64,000 bases of DNA from Chiloscyllium plagiosum. Its lineage: Eukaryota. Location: positions 86,040,056 through 86,104,055 of the forward strand of contig NC_057719.1 in assembly GCF_004010195.1 (NCBI RefSeq), given 5' to 3'. Below the pieces are notes generated by a model. That model was not told the origin of the DNA, made no database searches, and saw nothing but the letters and a program-made list of their open reading frames with translations. Shown here piece after piece: positions 49,401 to 58,400 of this stretch (position 1 is the first letter of the stretch; each line of letters begins with the position of its first letter). The position numbers were made by a program, and so were the translations under genes.

Positions 49401-52400
49401 ATCTCTTAGAATCTTCTCAAATAACATATGTACCACACGCTAGGACTTACTGTTCTACAGTTCCCATGTTTTTCTTTGCAGCCTTTCTCGAATAAGTGCA
49501 TAACATTCACTAACCTCCAGTCTTCTGGCACCTCACCCGTGACTAACGATAATGCAAACATATCAGCCAGGACCCCTGCAATTTCTTCTCTAGCCTCACA
49601 CTATATCTTGGATATATCTGGTCATACATTCTAATACATCCAACACATCCCCTACTGTGATATGGAGTGTTCCCAAGATATCAGCAAGTTCCCAAGTCTT
49701 CATATCTTTCTCAACGGTAAGCACAGTAGAAATATTCATTAAGGGCCTCGTCCACCTCCTGCAGTTCTACACATATATGTCTCATATCTTTCTCAACGGT
49801 AAGCACAGTAGAAATATTCATTAAGGGCCTCGTCCACCTCCTGCAGTTTTACACATATATGTCCACTTTGGTCCTTGAGGGGTCACATTCTCTCTTTAGT
49901 TATTCTTTTTCTTTTAATATACTCAAAGACCATCTTAGGATTCACCCTAATCTTCTCAGCCAAGGCTATCTAGTGCCCCCTTTTCATTCTCCTGATTTCC
50001 TTCTTCAGTAAACTCCTGTATCCCCTATTTACCTCCAAGGATTCCCTTGATCTCAGCTGCATGTAACTGAACCATGCCTCCTTTTTTTTCGGTCAAAGCT
50101 TCAATATCTCATCATCCTAGTTTTGCTCTGTCAACCTATCTCTGAATACTATATGAATATCCCAAACAGTATCTACCTCATAAATAGCAAATCCAATGGT
50201 ATGGAAGTTGACACCCATCCTGCGTTCCTTCCGCCGATTCTTTTGCATTAGAGCAACAACAAATGTGCAGAGGACCTCGGCAACTTCAGGATCATCATCC
50301 TCCTCACAGAGTTTCAATCGGTACTGAGGATTCGTCCAGAATGTGTCTTAAAAGAAAGAATAGTATGTGCATTTATAAAATCATGAACAGCATGGATAGG
50401 ATGAATAGCCTATTTTCATTTTCCTAGAGTGGAGGTGTCAAAAACTAGAGGACACAGGTTTAAGGTGAGAGGGGAAAGGTATATAAGGGTCCCAAGAGGC
50501 AACTTTTTCACACAGAGGGTGGTGTGTGCATAGAACAAGCTGCCAGAGAAGATGGTGGAAACAGATATAATTACAACATTTAAATGGCATCTGGATGGGC
50601 ATATGAATAGGAAGGGTTTAGAAGGACATGGGCCAAATGCTGGCAAATGGGACTAGATCAGCTTGGGATGTCTGGTTGGCACGGACCGAAGTGTCTCTTT
50701 CAGTGCTGTATGATTGCATAACTCACTAACAGGCGGGAAAGAGATTGGTCTTTGGCTGATCTGTACTTGCAGTGTCTAAAACTAAAGAGAAAAAAGGAAA
50801 CGAAGGGATAGGAAGCAATAGTAAGCAGAAAGAAAGGGGAGAGTTGACATAAATAGAGAAGACCAAGAAAAAGAAAACAGTAAGATAAAAGAAAATAAAT
50901 GAAAAAAGGGCATAAACATATTGAGAGAACAAAAGAAGAAGAAACACAAAGAACAAACTCTTAAGAGTATGGGAGAAAGAAGCCAAAAGTAAAAAGCAAT
51001 AAACCTGGTAATTTATGAGCAGACACCAAAAATAAATCCATGAATACTTTAGACTGCTATAAAACCAAGTATTTTCAGGAGTGGAGCAGGTTGCAGCCAC
51101 CCAGGTGGGGGTAACAAGTGCCTCCAGCACATATTTGATTCTGACTAGCGTCTGAAATAAACGGGTGAACGATCATTGTATATCTTTGCTATGAAGTTCA
51201 ATAGCAAGATGAATGCCTTCTAAATATGGCTGCAGCATCTTATCAGGATAACCAAGGTTGGGCAATAAATGCTCTCTTGGTCACACACATCTTAAAATGA
51301 AATGGAACAAGTGATAGATAGATGGAAGAAGAGAAGAGGCAACTATTGATAACAGAAAACATTCAGACCCACCTGGATAATTACGGCAGCCCCCAGCTGA
51401 ACAGCCTTTTACCCATCGTCCTTCATTGATAGATACTGTCCATTTATGGAGCTTGTCATCACCCAGTGTATCTGGTGTCAGGTTACAAATCTCCAGCTTT
51501 GTGAAATTCCTCTTAAAATCATCAAAAGACATCCTGCATATAGCATAACGAAGAAACTATCACATGTATGCCAAAGTTTGAAAATCCTGCCATCCATGGG
51601 CATTCATGGGATAATGCAGATGGCATGTCAGTGCTGTGGCAGTCAACATGCTGCCTGGTGTCAGGTACCTATTTACCATTTATTAGCATACCACGAGTAG
51701 TCATTAATTGGAAAGCACACTGAATTAAGTTCAGCATTCAAGAATAATTTAGCAGGCAACAGAAAATTAATGCCTCCAGTTTTCCCACTGCTTAAAGATG
51801 GTGTCCAACAAGTGAAGCTGTTCAATATTTGCATATGTGATGAAGTTTTGTCTTTGTCTAACTCGAGTGACACGGGGATGGTGATAGAGGAGGATGGACA
51901 GTCCAGCAGTAGAAAGGATGAAGGGTTGAGAGTTTTTTCTCAGATCCTCAAATGATACAGGTCTAATAAGAGACAAGTGTTGGTGTTCAGATTCTCAAAA
52001 GTTAGCACTGCTACATTTGGGGAAGGGAAGATGCCTGAAGGGAACCAAGATCAAGCCTATGGGGTGAGTCTATTTTTATACTGATCTCTGCTGTAATAGT
52101 GATGAAAAGGCCTGGGTACAGCACACTACCTCTTCTGATGCTGGTCAGGGGGGCTTTCTATAGTCTATAGTGAACCATGACAAAGTCTGATCAGAAGAAT
52201 CATGCATCTTAGATAACAAAGACATGGTTTCTGACCTTTTAGATACTATGTACAGTTCACAATGTTTTAATGATAGCATGAGAAGTAGAAAACATTACTG
52301 TCTCCAACTAAACAGATCAAAACTTCCCAAGACTCAAGACTCCCTAAACATTCCCCAATGGAAATTATACATCAGAGGAGGTGGAGGCCCAGTTTAGCTC

Positions 52401-55400
52401 CTTGGTGAACTCATCTATATTCATCACCTTTGACATTAGTCTTCTCTTCTATGTCCAAGTAGCTATATCACACATACCTGATTGATAATCAGGGAACAGA
52501 ACTTGAGTTTAAAGCAAGACAGGACCAGCCAAAGTGGGATCATGGCCATGATCTCTAATGGAGGGTTAACATGAAGGCAGGTGAAGCATTATGGAGAGGG
52601 AGGCTCAGCAGGAAGGTCCAGGAGGAGGACAGGATGGTTAAAGGTAATAAGAAATAAGGCAAAAGATCAAAGACTCTAGATAGGGTGGTAGTCAGATGTT
52701 CTAAGGTGTTTAGATGAAGGAACTGGGTAATGTTAACAGCAGTCAATATTAAGGGTCAAAGGCAATGTGAGGAAGCTCGAGAGTAAGGGGGGGAGGGGTG
52801 TGGAGGTGGATGAGTTCCAGCTACAGCGTCACAGAATTAGTGTCCATTGACATAATTGCTAAGAAAGTGTTAGCTTGCTAGAGATCAGATGTTGTAAAGA
52901 AATTTTTAACCTGTATCAAGTAGGTTGTTACAGGTAAGGTCACTGTGTCACCGGAGGAGTTTTTGATTTGTCCATGGGAGAAACACATATTCCCTTGGTC
53001 AACTGCAGCTTCTCTATGAATGAAAGCCAACTCAATAGAGGTGTTCATATCATTGTTTGCTTCTTCCCACAGTTCACTTGTGGATTTGCAATGGTGAAGG
53101 AGAACAGAGGGGGGCTTTAGTCACATAACAAAGGACCTCAAGGCTGACAGAGGAGGAGGCTAGGAAGAATCAAACCATCCTACTGATGAAGAGTATCAAC
53201 ATGTCAATGTATGCTCAGCTCTTGCATCTCTGCACATCTCAGGACCAATGCCAGAGACTGATCTGGGACTCCTACGACAAGAGTTTTAATCTCACTGATT
53301 TGGAGGGAACCCCATGCCAGTCACTCTGAGATAGCTGTGCCTCTAACCTTTGACAACAGTGGCTCATTTAACAGTGGACATGTGACATCTCTGTGGGCGG
53401 CACGGTGGCACAGTGGTTAGCACTGCTGCCTCACAGCGCCAGAGACCCGGGTTCAATTCCCGCCTCAGGCAACTGACTGTGTGGAGTTTGCACGTTTTTT
53501 TAGATTAGATTAGATTAGATTACAGACANNNNNNNNNNNNNNNNNNNNNNNNNNNNNNNGGAGGAAACCCACGCAGACACGGGGAGAATGTGCAAACTCC
53601 ACACAGTCAGTCGCCCCGTGTCTGCGTGGGTTTCCTCCGGGTGCTCCGGTTTCCTCCCACAATCCAAAAGATGTGCAGGTCAGGTGAATTGGCCATGCTA
53701 AATTGCCCGTAGTGTAAGGTAAGGGTTAAATGTAGGGGTAGGGGTATGGGTGGGTTGCGCTTCGGCGGGGCGGTGTGGATTTGTTGGGGCGAAGGGCCTG
53801 TTTCCACACTGTAAGTAATCTAATCTAATCTAATCTCCAAGGCTGCAACACATAGGTTGAGAGGGGCCAATGAATTTATTTGTGAAATAACTCCACGGAG
53901 GCTAGTATCCCATTACCAAGTCATCCTTAACTTACACGTGCACAGTATGTGGGCTCTGACCAGCAAGCTCAGAGCCAGTCCCTCGAGTGAGGAGAATCTC
54001 TGAGACTCTTTTTTTTTGTTCTTTTTCTTCTCTTTTCTTTTTCTTTTTTACCCCCACACTACCACTTAACTGTGGTAGTGCTTATTTTTTTCCCCCAGCA
54101 CCCATGTTGTGTGTGCAGGTGTGAGACACAGAGAAAGACACAAGGTGCACAAACCTTTATTCGATTTCCACCACCAGGAAGAAAAGAAACACCCAAGTGA
54201 CCAGTGACAAGCAGTGCCCTTCACATCAAAGGGTAATGCTGTGTGATCAAACAGTGAAAGGGAGGGCAGCGAGAGACTCCTGTTTATATCTGTCAGCCAG
54301 GACTCCCTAACTGGCCCAGGTTAACAGCCTCAATCAGGGAACTCATACCCAATGAAATCCCCCTGGCGAACCTGGTTCTAATCAATACAAGGAGAAAGTG
54401 AAGACTGCAGATGCTGGAGATCAGAGCTGAAAATGTGTTGCTGGAAAAGCACAGCAGGTCAGGCAGCATCCAAGGAGCAGGAGAATCGACGTTTTGGGCA
54501 TGAGCCCTGAAAAAGGGCACATGCCCGAAACGTCGATTCTCCTGCTCCTTGGATGCTGCCTGACCTGCTGTGCTTTTCCAGCAACACATTTTCAGCTCTA
54601 ATCAATACAATTTGATTCACAACACACTCTGAGGGCCAGACCATAACAGCAGTTAGCCTCAGGATTATTATATGGTTTATATTGATAACAGCCATCTGTA
54701 ATTGTAAATCAGAATGCGTATCACTCCCTTATGGTTCAAGTTATCTGTAACCACTAGAAAAGAATTATGCAAGGTATGTTTATTTCCCAAGGTGTTCTCA
54801 TGATTTTAAGGAAATCCCAACTGTCACATCTAATTAAGGTCTCTGTCCATGTGTAAGGTTGGATCTTGTGACAAAAACTATTCCTTCAGAGTGGCTCATG
54901 ATACCAATGGGTTATCCCCATAGCCTTGCAAAGTTGAATTACAATTCAGTAGAAGGATTGACAAGGGAAATCACAGACCAGAACATAATATTGTTCAAAA
55001 TGTGAGTCTGATGCCTTTAGCAGTCTGCACAGATTTACAATATGTGCCACAGAGATGTTCAGGATTGACATTGTCAGCTGTAACTTGCATAACATGGCAC
55101 TATAAATGGAAGAAAATTTGCCTCTGATGGGGATGATAGGGAGGAATATGAGGAGGAAATTAGAGATTTCATGACAGTTCTTGTTGGCCATAAATAGACT
55201 GTTTTGATCACAAGCATCTACCTGACCACCATTTCCTTGTTTGCAAACCTTTGCCTACTCTGTGTCTTGACCTCTGGAGCTGTATCATTCACTATGTCCT
55301 CTACCCTCTAGAAGACCAAGTGGAGTGGACTTGGCCACACAGGACTTAAAGAGATGGCAGTGACACTCACATTTTCAAAGTCATAATTTCACTACTTGCT

Positions 55401-58400
55401 TGTATCAGTGACCTTGGCCAATCTCCTTAGCGTGTCATTTATGGAGAGGTCTTCAGATGCTGCATGTTCAGCCATTCTGTGCTGCCTTTAAAATACAAAT
55501 TGTGCCATATACTACATCTATTAAAGACTGACCTCCAATATGTCACATTATTGTCTACACAGGTAAGCTGTCCCTCGGTTCTCTTTGTTCAGCAATGTCT
55601 GCCACACATGATGCATAACAGTACAATATACAAGCTGAAGGTGGATGCCCCAACAAATGCACATAATGCATAAAATAGTCTAATGATCAAAATATATTGT
55701 GATATATTGTATGTACGTATTATATACATATCCTAATAGGGTCTCAGCACTTGTTCCATAATACAAATCTTTTGTATGCATTGGTGTAACATCAGCAGCT
55801 GATCAGGCAAACTGCTGAGAATAATCTGTCTATTGTATTATTGCACGTGGGAATTGTGCTCAGCTCACATACTTATAGCTTGCATTGTGATTGGGTGCAT
55901 GGCAGTTCCTGACATGTAAACAAAAATGGCAATCACTTCTTGTCCTGTTAGGAGCAAAGCTCTGCCTTTTAAATTAAATGGTTTTATCCTCACCAGAACT
56001 CTCCATCTTCTTTCATTTGATGCTGAAGTCGTTGCTTTTGTGTCTTCTCAATCTCAGACCACTCCCGGGCCCTGGAACAGAAAAGAAATTCGATCATCAA
56101 GCTGGGAAAAGCCATAATCTCAAGAAATCACCGTGTCCACCGCACGCTGTTGAAATGGGAACTAGGAGCTGCCATGTAATGTTGCACGTTCCATGTTAAT
56201 TCTGGGCAAATATCATTCATGGACTGACGGTGATTGCTTCAAAACCAAGAAGGAGCATTATTGATGAGCCAGACCATGGCTTTCTCCAAATAGGACACAC
56301 CTGGATTTTTCAGCATACGTAATAGGCACTTGACAGCCTTTCCCTTCCCTAGTCAAGGGATATAATGGCAAATATAGTGGCAAAAACAAATCACTACTGC
56401 CCTACAAATAGGATTTGTAATGTTATGTTACCAATACTACTCAAAAGAGTTATTTGTTTTGAATATTTTTTCTGACATGATCTGAGGTCAAAAAGCACAC
56501 GCTGCATTATCTAGTTTTGAGTATTAATCACAGATACTCCAAATACAGTACATTGTACTCACATATACTAGCAGGATTTCTTTAGCTAATACTAATAGAT
56601 ACTTTCAGATTATTTTAAATTGATGGATATTTTCAAATCTTGTTCAATATTAATTTCAAATCCAATAAAAATATCAAGTCCTGTTTAATTATTACTCAAA
56701 ACTGCATGTTATATAGATCTTTTGAATAGGTTGTGTTGCTGAATCAATTGCAGCTCTCAATTTAGCTCTTCTATATCTATCCCAGCCTGGAAGAACAGGA
56801 GTACCATATGTGTTGTACAGCACTTTGGCAAGACCTTCAATTTTTACCAGATATTCCAATGGTCAGATAATTTGTGGAGAAGTGCAGACTAGAATTTTGC
56901 GTCAGAACCCTGTAGACTCCCTGAAGCAGTTGACATTGTGAGAATTGCCATGGAAATTGAAACTTCCACAAATCCCCAGTATATCAAACCCTCTGAAAAA
57001 GCTATTAAAAGTTGCAGAATTCTGATTCACTTAAGCTTAATAACCACTGCAAATTCTAGGAACTGTTAAACCCTTGAATGAGTGATAGGAAAAGAGGAGA
57101 GATGGTGTTTTTTAAGGGAGGATTTACAATTATGGAGTAAAGTTGTAACATGCACGACTTTAGGGAGGAAGATCCTGAAAGTAGGTCTAAGATAACTCAA
57201 ATCACCGAAGATGAAGGGGATGGGGGCTAAAAGGTGTGGAGAGACAAAAGTATATCTGGAGCTGGAGAAGATAAAGGCAATCCGAAGCAAAAGTCCAAAG
57301 TAGCATTTTTCTGAATGACTTCAAAGAAAATATATACTTATCACTCCAGGATCCATTCCACTCCACAGCTCCCCATGGATTCCTCAAACGCAGCAACTTC
57401 ACATTCTGACCCTTATAAGTGACCTGTTGGCAAAATTGTTGTTTATGGAAGAAAAACCAGAGACAAACACAGATGAATAAATATAAACATACAAACCTGC
57501 ATTGTACACTGTAGCCATTTCCTCTCTAATCAATCTCTTTAACCCAGTGGACCACTAGTAATCCTTTGCTGTATCCCTATATTCCGTTGTTATTTTTTTC
57601 CTGCATCCTAGCATTCCCTCACCATTAATCTCTGCACTCCGGTATCCTGACGTAAGCACTGAATGTGTTCCAATATATGATTTCCCTCAATTACTCCATG
57701 TACCACAATATCCCCTGTAATCACTCTCTGTAACCCCACTATTCCTGTATGTCACTTTTCACAATTCAATGCATCCTTCAACCATTCCTGCACCACAATA
57801 TTCCCTATAATCACTCCCTGTTATTTGAGTATCCCCCATTTCACTCTCTGTACCCAGTGACTCCCTTCAGTCACTTCCTGTGTGTCTCTGGAATTCCCTC
57901 ACAAATCATTCCATGGTCGTCTTCTCCTACTACCCTTGTGTGAACCTTCCTATGATATATATTCTGCTAATTTTCATGTCAAATGACTGAAAGTTTGAAA
58001 ACTTACTTCATCCACATTGGTTACAGAATAGGCGTGTCCTCTGACCAAACCGCTGGCTGTTCGTGTTTCAAACTGTTGAGGTACAAAAGACTGTGAAAAC
58101 AGGAGAGTCAGTCAGACTGTGCTCTGGTGTGGCACTAACACCTAGCTTCCTCAGAGAAAGGGTAATATAATCTTTCTGCACTGCGACACAGCTCATTGCT
58201 CCCCTGCGTCATTTCTAGGTTATGATAGAAATCCAGTCAAAGCTGCCTATTCTTATCAAGATTGGGTTTCCTTCCTCCCCAGTACCCCAACTCCCCAAGG
58301 AGCTTATCCAACAAGTTGTTAAGTGTACCATGCCAGGAGAGCTGGTATTTTGCTCCTTGCCTGATACTGTGAGATAATGTCAACTGTGACAGATCAAGCT

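Noticed and set aside
53497-53615. Inverted SINE inside a SINE as a biological nested insertion
   Set aside because: Contains an N gap between near-identical repeats, so a scaffolding artefact cannot be excluded.
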